Assembly: GCA_050290185.1 (NCBI GenBank) | Contig: JBNKHE010000013.1 | Location: 1 to 46,447 of the forward strand | Length of the DNA stretch: 46,447 nt | Reading direction: 5' to 3' | Origin: Pontiella sp. | Lineage (GTDB): Bacteria; Verrucomicrobiota; Kiritimatiellia; Kiritimatiellales; Pontiellaceae | In this document: piece after piece, positions 26,529-37,219 of the stretch | Numbering within the stretch: the stretch's first letter is position 1 | Layout of the letters: every line of letters begins with the position of its first letter | Position numbers and translations under genes: made by a program | The notes under the pieces: generated by a model | The model's database searches: none | What the model was told of the DNA's origin: nothing | What the model saw: only the letters and a program-made list of their open reading frames with translations

Positions 26529-27179
26529 CTACGGGTGGAAGAACAGTTTGGCGTAGATGTAGGCAACAAATTCGCCGATGACGGATCGAGCGCCTTCGCT
26601 GCAGGTGTACCAGCTATTCGAATCGTACGAACTTTCTTCGAGGCAGGTCACGCCAATGTTGTAGTCCCTGCCCAGCGCCTTTTTGAAAAGCATGCGGCTG
26701 CGCCGTCCATGGGGCCCGGCCGTGACCAGGTGCAGGTTGGTTTCATCGATGTTGTAGGCCATGATGCCTTCCCGCATGGCGACCGCGGCCTGATAGGTGC
26801 GGTCTTTTGTATTGTCATCGGCAACCGTTACCACGATTTCTTCTTCGGGAATCCCCAGTTTCCGCAGACGGGCCGCCGTCATTTCCGGATATGATTTGAA
26901 CTGCTGGATATAGCTTCCGGTTTCGATGGGTACACCGGTGCATACGATTTTCGAATAGTTTCCTGATTTGTACATGAGCACCGCTTCGTCGAGTGCGAAG
27001 TCGTGAATCCATCCCTCGACAATCATCACCCCGGATTTTGGAGGCTTGTCGGGGGCGAGAAAGGGGTAGAGATTGGCTAAAAAGGTGATAAATGCACCGA
27101 TAATGAGGATGATTGCAAGCAACCAGCCTCGCCATGTAAGGTGCCGCCCCGTATGCTCTTTCGTTAGTGCCAGTCTCAT
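26529..27179 (-). CDS. DUF218/YdcF (ElyC/SanA-like) membrane-anchored protein
   Basis: N-terminal TM, IVEGW, IVCTG, RTYQAA, LVTAGPHGRRS. Confidence 0.8.
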   Translation of the reverse strand: MRLALTKEHTGRHLTWRGWLLAIILIIGAFITFLANLYPFLAPDKPPKSGVMIVEGWIHDFALDEAVLMYKSGNYSKIVCTGVPIETGSYIQQFKSYPEMTAARLRKLGIPEEEIVVTVADDNTKDRTYQAAVAMREGIMAYNIDETNLHLVTAGPHGRRSRMLFKKALGRDYNIGVTCLEESSYDSNSWYTCSEGARSVIGEFVAYIYAKLFFHP

Positions 27180-27239
27180 GTATCGCTTATAGCACGTGAA
27201 ATGGGGGTGTAAAAACAATAAACTTCTTGCGTAGAGGGG

Positions 27240-27268
27240 TTGACACACCTGCCCGCCTACTATAACTT
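27240..27268 (+). promoter_or_regulatory. Probable sigma70 promoter of rplM-rpsI
   Basis: TTGACA-17 nt-TAACTT, within CTATAACTT. Confidence 0.6.
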
Positions 27269-27313
27269 CCCCGACCTTGTGTTTGTACCAAACCGAGCAA
27301 GAGGACGTTTTAA

Positions 27314-27748
27314 ATGAAAACTTTTGTGCCTAAAGAGGCTGATATAGTACGTGAATGGTTTGTTGTCGATGCCGCCGACAAGCCTGCTGGCCGCCTTGCG
27401 GTCGTGATTGCAGATGTGTTGCGTGGCCGTAACAAGCCCACATACACCCCCCATGTTGACACCGGCGCATTTGTGGTCGTGGTCAATGCCGAGAAGATCA
27501 AGCTGACCGGCAACAAGGAAGAAAAGAAAATCTATCAGGATTATTCCGGTTACAGCAGCGGTCTCAAGGAAACCAAAGCCAAGGATATCCGTGAGAAGAA
27601 TCCGGAACGAATCATCGAGCAGGCCGTCAAGGGTATGCTGCCGACCAACCGTCAGTCGCGTCAAACCCTGAAGCGTCTTAAGGTTTATACCGGTCCTTCG
27701 CACCCGCATGCCGCGCAGCAGGTTCAGCCGCTCGAACTCAACATCTAA
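27314..27748 (+). CDS. rplM: 50S ribosomal protein L13
   Basis: [32 protein letters not shown]. Confidence 0.99.
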   Translation: MKTFVPKEADIVREWFVVDAADKPAGRLAVVIADVLRGRNKPTYTPHVDTGAFVVVVNAEKIKLTGNKEEKKIYQDYSGYSSGLKETKAKDIREKNPERIIEQAVKGMLPTNRQSRQTLKRLKVYTGPSHPHAAQQVQPLELNI

Positions 27749-27765
27749 GCAGGATAAAAATAATC

Positions 27766-28168
<403 letters not shown>

Positions 28169-28184
28169 TGGAAACTGCGAATGC

Positions 28185-28215
28185 AAAAGCCTCCCGTTCC
28201 GGGGGGCTTTTTTTT
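28185..28215 (+). terminator. Intrinsic terminator
   Basis: AAAAGCCTCCC..GGGGGGCTTTTTTTT. Confidence 0.9.
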
Positions 28216-28279
28216 GTTTCCCATCCCGTGGAAAATCATTTTAATCATATTTCCTGCCAGTAGGAAAAAGGAACCGTTT

Positions 28280-29461
28280 ATGTATTCAGAAATAACTATG
28301 CCGAAAGGCTTTAAATGTGCCGGGATTTCCGCAGGCATAAAGGCCGGCGGCGTCAAGGATATGGCGTTGATCTTCTCGGAAGTTCCCGCGGCATCTGCCG
28401 GCGTATTCACGACCAATCAGGTGTGCGCTGCTCCGGTCAAGGTGTGCCGGGAGCATTTGGAACAGGGTATGGCGCGGGCGATCGTTATGAACAGCGGAAT
28501 TGCCAATGCCTGTACCGGCTCCGCGGGTATGGTCGCGGCCAGGGACATGGCTGCCGAGGCCGCCCGGATCATCGGATGCGAACCTCGGGAGGTGTTCATC
28601 TGTTCTACCGGCAAAATCGGCCCGCAACTGCCGTTGGATAAAATTGTACCCGGCGTCGGGAAACTTGCTGAAGCCGCGGACGGTGCACATGTGCAGCAGA
28701 CTGCGGAGGCCATGATGACCACCGACACGCGACCCAAGGTGGCGGTCGCTGAACTCGACATGGACGGCACGGCCGTAAAAATCGTTGGATTTGCCAAGGG
28801 TGCGGGAATGATCGAACCCAACATGGCCACCATGCTGTCGTATATCACAACCGATGCGGCGATTGAGCAGTCTGTGCTGCAGAAGGCTCTCAAACAAGCA
28901 GTGGATGCCAGCTTCAACCGCATATCGGTCGACGGCGATCAAAGTACGAATGATACGGTGCTGGCGCTGGCGAACGGCGAGGCGGGGAATGTTCCCTTGA
29001 CGGAGTCGTCGAAGGATTGGGGTGCCTTTTATGGCGCTTTTGCACGGGTTTGTTTTGAACTGGCGATGATGATTGTTCATGACGGTGAGGGGGCCGATAA
29101 GTTTGTGACGGTCAATGTCACCTGTGCCGGGTCCGATGCCGATGCGGAGCTGGCTGCCCGGGCTGTTGCTAATTCGATGTTGAACAAGACGGCCTGGGCG
29201 GGATCCTATCCCGATTGGGGGCGGATCATGGATTCGATCGGCTATTCCAAGGCGCGGGTGGACGAGGAAATGGTGGATATCCATTATGATGACACCCAGG
29301 CAGTATGCGGCGGGGTTCGGTCCGGGGTGCCACAGGAGGATCTGATTAAGGTGGTCTCGCAAACTGATTTTGCTATAAACATCAATCTGCATCTGGGAGA
29401 GGGTAAGGCCACGGTTTATACCTGTAACTGTACCGAGGAGTACGTGCGGATTAACTACTAG
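28280..29461 (+). CDS. argJ: Ornithine acetyltransferase / glutamate N-acetyltransferase
   Basis: NSGIANACTG, MMTTDT, AKGAGMIEPNMATML, DGDQSTND, DGEGA. Confidence 0.97.
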   Translation: MYSEITMPKGFKCAGISAGIKAGGVKDMALIFSEVPAASAGVFTTNQVCAAPVKVCREHLEQGMARAIVMNSGIANACTGSAGMVAARDMAAEAARIIGCEPREVFICSTGKIGPQLPLDKIVPGVGKLAEAADGAHVQQTAEAMMTTDTRPKVAVAELDMDGTAVKIVGFAKGAGMIEPNMATMLSYITTDAAIEQSVLQKALKQAVDASFNRISVDGDQSTNDTVLALANGEAGNVPLTESSKDWGAFYGAFARVCFELAMMIVHDGEGADKFVTVNVTCAGSDADAELAARAVANSMLNKTAWAGSYPDWGRIMDSIGYSKARVDEEMVDIHYDDTQAVCGGVRSGVPQEDLIKVVSQTDFAININLHLGEGKATVYTCNCTEEYVRINY

Positions 29462-29504
29462 TCGTTGCCGTCCTTCAGTGGGGGGACTTTGGGAGAAATA
29501 AGTC

Positions 29505-30377
29505 ATGGAGAAATTTATTGAGAAAGCCTCGGTGCTGATCGAGGCGTTGCCGTTTATCCAACAGTTCCGCGGCGAAACGGTTGTGGTTAAATTTGGCGGC
29601 AGCATCATGGAAAGCGAGGACGGATACAGCCGCATCCTGCAGGATATCGCGTTCATGGAGTGCGTCGGTCTGCGCCCCGTCGTGGTGCATGGTGGCGGCA
29701 AGGCCATTTCGCGGGCCATGAAGGAATCCAATATTGCACCTAACTTTGTTCAGGGGCTCCGTGTTACCGATGATGAAACGATCCATGTCGTGGAAAGGAT
29801 ACTTAACCATGAGGTTAATCCCCACCTGGTGGAGATTATTCAAAAATGCCACGGCAAGGCCCGCGGTATTCATGGGGAAGACATTATCCGCGTCGACAGG
29901 ATGACGGGAACGGATCCGGCGAGCGGTGAGCTGCTTGACTGGGGCTATGTGGGCAAGGTGAACCATGTGGATGTTGAACCGATACAGGCGTATCTGCGCT
30001 CGGATATGGTTCCGGTTATCACACCGCTGGGCAGGGGCGCGGACGGCCACCTCTACAACATTAATGCCGATGACGCCGCCACGGCGATAGCCTGTGCGCT
30101 TAACGCGCGAAAACTGGTATTCCTGACGGATGTGCCGGGGCTCCTGCTGGATCCGGAAGATAAGTCATCACTGGTTTCTTCGCTGCATTTGAGCGAGGTG
30201 GATGAACTGGTTGAGCGCGGAGTCATCTCCGGGGGGATGCTGCCGAAGATCAGCGGGATGGTCGACGCTGTGAAGAGGGGCATCAAAAAAGCCCACATTA
30301 TCGACTCCTCCATGCCGCATTCGCTCCTGTTGGAATTGTTCACAAGCGAAGGGGTGGGAACGGAGATTACCGAGTAA
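29505..30377 (+). CDS. argB: Acetylglutamate kinase
   Basis: VVKFGG, VVHGGG, GLRVTD, NINAD, GGMLPK. Confidence 0.97.
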   Translation: MEKFIEKASVLIEALPFIQQFRGETVVVKFGGSIMESEDGYSRILQDIAFMECVGLRPVVVHGGGKAISRAMKESNIAPNFVQGLRVTDDETIHVVERILNHEVNPHLVEIIQKCHGKARGIHGEDIIRVDRMTGTDPASGELLDWGYVGKVNHVDVEPIQAYLRSDMVPVITPLGRGADGHLYNINADDAATAIACALNARKLVFLTDVPGLLLDPEDKSSLVSSLHLSEVDELVERGVISGGMLPKISGMVDAVKRGIKKAHIIDSSMPHSLLLELFTSEGVGTEITE

Positions 30378-30422
30378 GGTTTGATGAATTGGTCGAATCC
30401 GACGGATTCGAAGGATAGGATT

Positions 30423-31655
30423 ATGAAAACAAACGAAATTTCTGAGCTACAGAAGCAATACGTTATGCCGACCTATGCGCCGGGCCTGGCCCTGGTTGAA
30501 GGTGCCGGGACGCATGTCTGGGACGCGGAGGGGAATGAATATCTCGATTTTGTATCGGGTATCGCCGTCACGAATATTGGCCACTGTCATCCGAAAATGG
30601 TTCGGGCGGTACAGGATCAGGTCGAAACGCTGGTGCATGTTTCCAACCTGTTCTACAACGAAAAGCAGCCGCAGTTGGCCAAGGCGCTGTCCGGGCATTC
30701 CGGTCTGCCTGGAGCCAAATGTTTTTTCTGCAATTCGGGGGCGGAGGCCAACGAAGGGCTGATCAAGCTGGCGCGGTTGTGGGGCAGTGAAAACGGCAAA
30801 TATGAAGTGATTACGATGCGGCAGTCGTTTCATGGACGAACGCTGGCGACTCTGACGGCTACCGGCCAGGACAAGGTGCAGAAGGGGTTCGGCCCATTGC
30901 CGGAAGGATTTGTTTACGCCAACTTCAATGATTTGCAGTCGGTGGAGGACGCCATAACGTCCAAAACCGCAGCGGTGCTGGTTGAAGCGTTGCAGGGCGA
31001 GGGGGGGGTTATTCCTGCGGAGCAGGAGTTTCTTTCTGATCTGCGGAAGCTGTGCGATGAAAAGGGCATCCTGCTACTTTGTGATGAAGTCCAGTGCGGC
31101 ATGGGCCGGACCGGTAAATGGTTCGGATTCCAGAACTACGATATCCAGCCCGACGCATTTTCATTGGCCAAGGGGCTGGGGAACGGATTTCCGATCGGGG
31201 CGATCGTTGCCGGCGAGAAACTGGCCAACGTATTCCAGCCGGGTCATCACGCCACTACATTCGGAGGAACCCCGTTGGCGTGTGCCGCGGCCTTGTCGGT
31301 GATCGAAGTGATCGAAGGGGAGGAACTGCTGGCCAATACCATGATGATGGGGGCATATTTTGTGGAAGGCCTCTGTGATATCGCGCAGCAGCATAAGAAA
31401 TGGATTGCGCAGGTGCGGGGGCTCGGCCTCCTGCTGGCTCTGGTGCTCGATGTGCCGGCATTGCCGCTGCAGAAAAAGCTTCAGGAAAAAGGATTGCTGA
31501 CGCTGGCGACGGCAGGCAATGTGCTGCGGTTGCTTCCGCCGTTGAACGTTGCGCAGTCGGATATTGAGCAGGCGTTGGAGCTCATTCGCACGGCCTGCGA
31601 CGAGTTGCACGATGAAATGGCGGCGCAGTCGCCCAATCCCTGTCAGTGTAGCTAG
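30423..31655 (+). CDS. argD: Acetylornithine aminotransferase
   Basis: NSGAEANE, SFHGRT, QGEGG, DEVQCGMGRTG, AKGLGNG; arg-operon context. Confidence 0.93.
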   Translation: MKTNEISELQKQYVMPTYAPGLALVEGAGTHVWDAEGNEYLDFVSGIAVTNIGHCHPKMVRAVQDQVETLVHVSNLFYNEKQPQLAKALSGHSGLPGAKCFFCNSGAEANEGLIKLARLWGSENGKYEVITMRQSFHGRTLATLTATGQDKVQKGFGPLPEGFVYANFNDLQSVEDAITSKTAAVLVEALQGEGGVIPAEQEFLSDLRKLCDEKGILLLCDEVQCGMGRTGKWFGFQNYDIQPDAFSLAKGLGNGFPIGAIVAGEKLANVFQPGHHATTFGGTPLACAAALSVIEVIEGEELLANTMMMGAYFVEGLCDIAQQHKKWIAQVRGLGLLLALVLDVPALPLQKKLQEKGLLTLATAGNVLRLLPPLNVAQSDIEQALELIRTACDELHDEMAAQSPNPCQCS

Positions 31656-31688
31656 GGAAAATGTTTTAAAAACAAAGGAGATAAAGAA

Positions 31689-32045
31689 ATGGCATATGAT
31701 TTGACCGGAAAAGTTAAGCTCATCCAGGACGCGCAGACGTTCGGAAGCGGATTCACCAAGCGCGAAATGGTGGTCGTCGTGGAAGATGGCAAGTATCCGC
31801 AGGAAATCAACCTCGAGTTTGTTCAGGACAAGGTGAGCCTGCTGGACACCGTTGAGGTGGGGCAGGAAGTTACCGTTACCTTCGATATCCGCGGACGCGA
31901 ATATAATGGCCGTTACTTTAACAACCTTCAGGGTTGGAAAATCCAGGCCGGTGCCGCCGCGCCGCCCGTCGGCGAAAAACCGCCGGTGTCCGACAAAGAT
32001 GTTCCCGCCGACTTCGATGAATACGAAGACGATATCCCGTTTTAA
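31689..32045 (+). CDS. DUF3127-family OB-fold protein with SSB-like acidic tail
   Basis: FTKREMVV, YPQ, FDIRGREYNGRYFNNLQGWKI, C-terminal EDDIPF. Confidence 0.88.
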   Translation: MAYDLTGKVKLIQDAQTFGSGFTKREMVVVVEDGKYPQEINLEFVQDKVSLLDTVEVGQEVTVTFDIRGREYNGRYFNNLQGWKIQAGAAAPPVGEKPPVSDKDVPADFDEYEDDIPF

Positions 32046-32063
32046 TCTGGAAAGGATTCAATC

Positions 32064-33266
32064 ATGAAAGTGGTTCTCGCTTATTCCGGTGGTCTTGATA
32101 CTACCGTTTTGCTGACCTGGCTGCAGGAAAAATACGATGCCGAGGTCATTTGCTACTGTGCCAATGTCGGTCAGGAAGAGGAGCTCGACGGGCTGGAGGA
32201 AAAGGCGCTCAAGCATGGTGCGGTCAAGTGCTATGTAGACAACGTGGAAGAAGAGTTCGCCAAGGACTATATTTTCCCGATGATGCAGGCCAATGCCATC
32301 TATGAAGGCACTTACCTGCTCGGCACCTCCATTGCCCGCCCGTTGATCGCCAAGCGCATGGTCGATATTGCCATCGCCGAAGGCGCGGAAGCCATCTGCC
32401 ATGGTGCCACCGGAAAGGGTAACGATCAGGTCCGCTTTGAGCTGACGGCCTATGCACTCAAGCCCGATATCAAGGTGATTGCCCCATGGCGTATGCCAGA
32501 TGAATTTACCTTCCAGGGACGTTCCGACATGATCAAGTATCTGGAAGACAAAGGCATTCCCTGTTCCGTTTCGACCAAGAAGCCTTACAGCATGGATCGC
32601 AATATGCTCCATATCAGCTTCGAAGGCGGTATTCTTGAAGATCCGTGGAACGAACCCGACGAAAACATGTGGTGCATGACCAAGCCGCTCAGCCAGGCAA
32701 AGGATGAACCCGAATATGTCGAGATCGGCTTCGAGAAGGGTATTCCTGTTTCCGTCAATGGCGAACAGCTCAGCCCGGCCGCGCTGGTGAAGAAGCTGAA
32801 TGCCCTTGGGTGCGAACATGCTGTCGGTCGTATCGACATTGTCGAAAACCGCTACACGGGTATGAAGGACCGCGGGGTGTACGAAACGCCCGGTGGAACG
32901 ATTCTTCATCATGCGCACCGAGCAATCGAATCCATTACGATGGACCGCGAAATGATGCATCTGCGCGACTCGTTCATTCCGAAATATGCCGAGTTGGTCT
33001 ACAACGGCTATTGGTTTGCCCCGGAACGTGAAATGCTGCAGGCCGCCATTGAAAAGAGTCAGGAATCGGCTACCGGTGACGTCCGTGTCAAGCTCTTCAA
33101 GGGAGGAGTGCATGTGTGCGGCCGTCGGTCGCCGTATTCACTCTACGATCCCAGTATCGTCAGCTTTGACGAAGCGGGCGGCTACGACCAGTCCGATGCC
33201 ACCGGCTTCATCAAGCTCAATGCCCTGCGCCTCCGCGTACTGGCGACGATGAAAAACAAGGCGTAG
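32064..33266 (+). CDS. argG: Argininosuccinate synthase
   Basis: [35 protein letters not shown]. Confidence 0.98.
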   Translation: MKVVLAYSGGLDTTVLLTWLQEKYDAEVICYCANVGQEEELDGLEEKALKHGAVKCYVDNVEEEFAKDYIFPMMQANAIYEGTYLLGTSIARPLIAKRMVDIAIAEGAEAICHGATGKGNDQVRFELTAYALKPDIKVIAPWRMPDEFTFQGRSDMIKYLEDKGIPCSVSTKKPYSMDRNMLHISFEGGILEDPWNEPDENMWCMTKPLSQAKDEPEYVEIGFEKGIPVSVNGEQLSPAALVKKLNALGCEHAVGRIDIVENRYTGMKDRGVYETPGGTILHHAHRAIESITMDREMMHLRDSFIPKYAELVYNGYWFAPEREMLQAAIEKSQESATGDVRVKLFKGGVHVCGRRSPYSLYDPSIVSFDEAGGYDQSDATGFIKLNALRLRVLATMKNKA

Positions 33267-33284
33267 GCGGACTGCACCATACCG

Positions 33285-33321
33285 AAAGGGTTTTCCTAAT
33301 TTATGGGGAAGCCCTTTTTTT
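33285..33321 (+). terminator. Intrinsic terminator after argG
   Basis: AAAGGGTTTTCC..GGGAAGCCCTTTTTTT. Confidence 0.8.
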
Positions 33322-33351
33322 GTATCTGGTGCCTTTAAAGGGAGAGATGTT

Positions 33352-33438
33352 TTAGGGATATCGGTTGCTACTCTGGATTTGCGGTAGGGTGATCGTGATC
33401 GTCGTGCCGTTGCCTGGGTAATTCCTGCTCGTTTTCAT
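33352..33438 (-). pseudogene. Possible relic of a histidine-kinase C-terminus (28-aa ORF)
   Basis: MKTSRNYPGNGTTITITLPQIQSSNRYP resembles the final HATPase_c strand pGxGTxFxixLP. Confidence 0.4.
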
Positions 33439-33560
33439 GAGTGCTTATCCGGGTTGTGTATTAAACGTTCCGGTCAAAAAAGAAATGATGCCCAAAGTTA
33501 ATCTTTGCTTAAGGTATCAGGCGGTATATTTGCGCTGATCCTGAGCGAAAGGAGCGTCGG

Positions 33561-34952
33561 ATGAAATCGATGGTTATAGTCAGTGTTGCGGGGGTGGCGG
33601 CGTGCGCCGCATTTGGAGGCCACATCAGCTATCCGGTTGTCGATACGGGGCAGATCCGTTGCTACGACGATCGGGCGGAAATCAAGTATCCGCAAAGCGG
33701 CCAGCCCTTTTTCGGGCAGGATGCCGAGTATAATGGCAATCAGCTGTCTTACCGCGACAACGGCGACGGTACGGTCACGGATCTCATCACCGGCCTGATG
33801 TGGCAGGCCGATCCCGGGAAAAAGAAAACCTACGACGAAATCGTGGCAGACGTGAAGAAATGCCGGACGGGCGGATATGACGATTGGCGCCTGCCGACGA
33901 TCAAGGAACTCTATTCCCTGATCGATTTTTCCGGAGCCGATGTGGATCCGCAAGGCAGACAGGGAGGGACTCCGTTTATCGATACGGACTTTTTCAAGTT
34001 TCAATATGGTAAACAGGATGATGGCGACCGCATCATCGATTCCCAATGGGCCACCTCGACGATCTATGTCGGCAAGGTCATGCATGGTGAGCAGGCCATG
34101 TTCGGTGTCAACTTTGCCGACGGCCGAATCAAGGGTTATCCCACCGGAAACATGCCGGGCCGCGGCGCAAAAACCTTTTATGCCATCTATGTTCGCGATA
34201 ATCCGGACTACGGCAAGAATGACTTTGTTGACAACGGGGACGGCACCGTCACCGACCGAGCCACAGAGCTGACTTGGATGAAGGCCGACAGCGGCAAGGG
34301 CATGACCTGGCAGGATGCACTCGACTATGCTGAAAACCTGAAGCTCGGTGGTCAGGACGACTGGCGTCTGCCCAACGCCAAGGAGCTGCAAAGCATCGTC
34401 GACTATTCCCGATCGCCCGACACCACGCACTCCGCTGCCATCGATCCGGTTTTCGACTGTTCGGAAATCACGAACGAAGACGGCCAGAAGGATTACGGCC
34501 ACTACTGGAGCAGTACCACACACGTCAACCCGCGTGGAGGTGACCATGCTGTATACGTCGCCTTTGGTCGCGCGCTCGGATTCATGCACAATCGCTGGAT
34601 GGATGTCCACGGCGCCGGCGCGCAGCGTAGCGATCAGAAATCCGGCGACGAATCTAAGCTGCCTAAAGGCCTCGGACCCCAGGGCGATGCGCAACGGATC
34701 AGCAACATGGTTCGCCTCGTCCGCGGCGGAACCGCTGAACCCAGGACCTTCGGTCCAAAAGTTGAAAAGAAGAGGGCGCTGCACGGAGGCGGCTTTGTCG
34801 GTCACATCGACTTCAACGGCGACGGCAAGGTCTCCCGCGAAGAGTTCGACGGCCCGCCCGATCAGTTCGATATCCTCGACAAGAACCACGATGGCTACCT
34901 CTCCGAATCTGAAGCCCCGCCGCCACCGAACGGGCAACGCCCTCCGTTCTAA
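33561..34952 (+). CDS. Secreted DUF1566 (Lcl C-terminal-like) protein with C-terminal EF-hands
   Basis: Signal peptide; two DNGDGTVTD..T(G/E)LxW..DWRLP..EL repeats; DFNGDGKVSREE and DKNHDGYLSESE. Confidence 0.88.
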   Translation: MKSMVIVSVAGVAACAAFGGHISYPVVDTGQIRCYDDRAEIKYPQSGQPFFGQDAEYNGNQLSYRDNGDGTVTDLITGLMWQADPGKKKTYDEIVADVKKCRTGGYDDWRLPTIKELYSLIDFSGADVDPQGRQGGTPFIDTDFFKFQYGKQDDGDRIIDSQWATSTIYVGKVMHGEQAMFGVNFADGRIKGYPTGNMPGRGAKTFYAIYVRDNPDYGKNDFVDNGDGTVTDRATELTWMKADSGKGMTWQDALDYAENLKLGGQDDWRLPNAKELQSIVDYSRSPDTTHSAAIDPVFDCSEITNEDGQKDYGHYWSSTTHVNPRGGDHAVYVAFGRALGFMHNRWMDVHGAGAQRSDQKSGDESKLPKGLGPQGDAQRISNMVRLVRGGTAEPRTFGPKVEKKRALHGGGFVGHIDFNGDGKVSREEFDGPPDQFDILDKNHDGYLSESEAPPPPNGQRPPF

Positions 34953-34971
34953 TGCGGTTTTGGTCTTGTCG

Positions 34972-35004
34972 AAGGGTTTTCCGGTTTCGGAAAGCCCTTT
35001 TTTT
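34972..35004 (+). terminator. Intrinsic terminator
   Basis: AAGGGTTTTCCG..CGGAAAGCCCTTTTTTT. Confidence 0.85.
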
Positions 35005-35072
35005 GTTGTTCCAAACGTTGGAAACACAAGGGTTTCGTGTATAGTCCCGCCCAATAATTTTAGGAGAAGACC

Positions 35073-36338
35073 ATGGCAGAAAAGAAGTGTCCATTGAACA
35101 GGGAGCAGTTGGAATCGCTGACCGAGCGTTATCCGACGCCGTTCCATATCTATGACGAACAAGGAATCCGAGAAAATGCGCGCAGGCTGAAGGCGGCTTT
35201 TGGTTGGAATCCGGGCTTCAAGGAATATTTTGCGGTGAAGGCCGCGCCGAACCCGTATCTGATGAAGATTCTGAAGGCGGAAGGCTTCGGCTCGGACTGC
35301 TCGTCCTATCCGGAACTGCTGCTGTCCGAAAAGGTGGGCATCACGGGCGAGGACATCATTTTCACCTCCAACGATACGCCGGCCTACGAATACCGGAAGG
35401 CGAAGGAGTTGGGCGCGATCATCAATCTCGATGATATTTCACATATCGAGTTTCTTGAACAGAACGTCGGCCTGCCGGAACTGATCTGCTGCCGCTACAA
35501 TCCGGGGCCGCTCAAGGGTGGCAACGCCATCATCGGCCATCCGGAAGAAGCCAAGTATGGTTTTACCCGCGAACAGTTGTTCGAAGGTTATCGCATGTTG
35601 CGCGACAAGGGTGTGAAGCGCTTTGGCCTGCATACCATGGTGGCCTCGAACGAGCTCGAAGGCTCCTACTTCATCGAAACCGCACACCTGCTGTTTGAGC
35701 TGGTGGGCGAGCTGAGCGCCGAGCTGGGGATTGAATTTGAATTTGTGAATATTGGCGGCGGGATCGGCATTCCGTACAAGCCGGAGGAGAACGCCGTCGA
35801 TCTGGAATCCGTCGGCAAAGGCATCCGCAAGCTGTATGAGGATCTGATTATCGGCAAGGGCCTCAAGCCGCTGGATCTGCGCATGGAATGCGGGCGCATG
35901 GTGACCGGTCCCTACGGCTACCTCGTCAGCCGTGTATTGCATAAGAAGAACACGTACAAGCAGTTTGTCGGACTCGATGCCTGCATGGTGAATCTGATGC
36001 GTCCGGCGATGTATGGCGCCTACCACCACATCACCGTGGCCGGCAAGGAAGACGCTCCGTGCGACTTTGTTTGCGATGTCACCGGCTCGCTGTGCGAGAA
36101 CAATGACAAGTTTGCGATCGATCGCGCCATTCCGCAGGTGGAAATCGGCGACCTCGTGGTTATTCACGACGCCGGCGCGCACGGCCATTCGATGGGCTTC
36201 AACTATAACGCCAAGTTGCGGTCCGCCGAGCTGCTGCTCCGCGAAGACGGCGAAGTCGTCCGGATCCGCCGGGCCGAAACGGTGGAAGATCATTTTGCAA
36301 CATTGGACTTTGGTGGTTTACAGTCCTTCGAGGTTTAA
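35073..36338 (+). CDS. lysA: Diaminopimelate decarboxylase
   Basis: FAVKA (PLP lysine), IGGG, ECGR, RPAMY, GSLCENND, MGFNYN; adjacent to dapA-dapB. Confidence 0.93.
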   Translation: MAEKKCPLNREQLESLTERYPTPFHIYDEQGIRENARRLKAAFGWNPGFKEYFAVKAAPNPYLMKILKAEGFGSDCSSYPELLLSEKVGITGEDIIFTSNDTPAYEYRKAKELGAIINLDDISHIEFLEQNVGLPELICCRYNPGPLKGGNAIIGHPEEAKYGFTREQLFEGYRMLRDKGVKRFGLHTMVASNELEGSYFIETAHLLFELVGELSAELGIEFEFVNIGGGIGIPYKPEENAVDLESVGKGIRKLYEDLIIGKGLKPLDLRMECGRMVTGPYGYLVSRVLHKKNTYKQFVGLDACMVNLMRPAMYGAYHHITVAGKEDAPCDFVCDVTGSLCENNDKFAIDRAIPQVEIGDLVVIHDAGAHGHSMGFNYNAKLRSAELLLREDGEVVRIRRAETVEDHFATLDFGGLQSFEV

Positions 36339-36349
36339 GGAGATAAACG

Positions 36350-37219
36350 ATGTATTTTACAGGCGTACATACAGCCTTGGTCACACCATTCGCATCGGAT
36401 GGATCGGTTGACTATGAGAAGCTCGAAGAGCTGGTCGAGTTCCAGATTTCCGGCGGTGTAGATGGTATTGTGCCGGTCGGAACGACCGGAGAATCGCCGA
36501 CGCTGACTACGGATGAGCATTTGAAAGTGATCGAGGCCGTTGCCATGACAGCGGCGGGACGGTGCAAAATCATGGCTGGAACGGGAGCCAACTCCACGGC
36601 TGAAGCCATTGATCTAACATCGGCGGCCAAAGAGTATGGCGTCGATGGAACCCTTCAGGTGACTCCGTACTACAACAAGCCGAACCGTTCAGGCCTCATC
36701 CAGCACTTTTCCGCCGTAGCGGATTTGGGGGTGCCTGTGGTGCTCTACAACGTGCCCGGCCGTTCGGCTTGTGAAATTCCATTGGAGGTCGTGGCCGAGC
36801 TGGCCAAGCATCCGAATATTGTTTCCATTAAAGAGGCGGCCGGCTCCGTAGAGCGCGTAACCCGGATCAAGCAGCTTTGCGATATCGAGGTGCTGTCCGG
36901 GGATGATTCGCTCGCACTGCCGATGATCAAGGAAGGGGCGGTCGGCGTGATTTCCGTGGCCTCAAACCTGATCCCGGCCGAAGTGGTGGCCTTGATCAAG
37001 GCCGCGCTTGCGGGCGATTATGAAACCGCACAGGGTTTGCACAACCAGTATGCCCGGGTATTCGACGATCTTTTCATCGATACGAATCCGATTCCGATCA
37101 AGGCGGCGATGACGATGAAGGGGATGATTGAAGAGATGTATCGTTTGCCGATGTGTTCGACGACGGATGAAAACAAGGCGATCTTACGTAAGACGCTGGA
37201 AGAAGCAGGAGTACTCTAA
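36350..37219 (+). CDS. dapA: 4-hydroxy-tetrahydrodipicolinate synthase
   Basis: GTTGESPTL, PYYNKP, LYNVPGR, IKEA, SGDD, NPIPIK. Confidence 0.97.
   Translation: MYFTGVHTALVTPFASDGSVDYEKLEELVEFQISGGVDGIVPVGTTGESPTLTTDEHLKVIEAVAMTAAGRCKIMAGTGANSTAEAIDLTSAAKEYGVDGTLQVTPYYNKPNRSGLIQHFSAVADLGVPVVLYNVPGRSACEIPLEVVAELAKHPNIVSIKEAAGSVERVTRIKQLCDIEVLSGDDSLALPMIKEGAVGVISVASNLIPAEVVALIKAALAGDYETAQGLHNQYARVFDDLFIDTNPIPIKAAMTMKGMIEEMYRLPMCSTTDENKAILRKTLEEAGVL

Noticed and set aside
28216..28279. ArgR ARG boxes before argJ
   Set aside because: AT-rich, but no convincing TGAAT-N4-ATTCA pair upstream of the start.
35005..35072. Lysine riboswitch before lysA
   Set aside because: Under 70 nt between the upstream terminator and the ATG.
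28286..35162. Long minus-strand ORFs 28286-29731, 32058-33113 and 33498-35162
   Set aside because: Antisense shadows of argJ/argB, argG and the DUF1566 gene.
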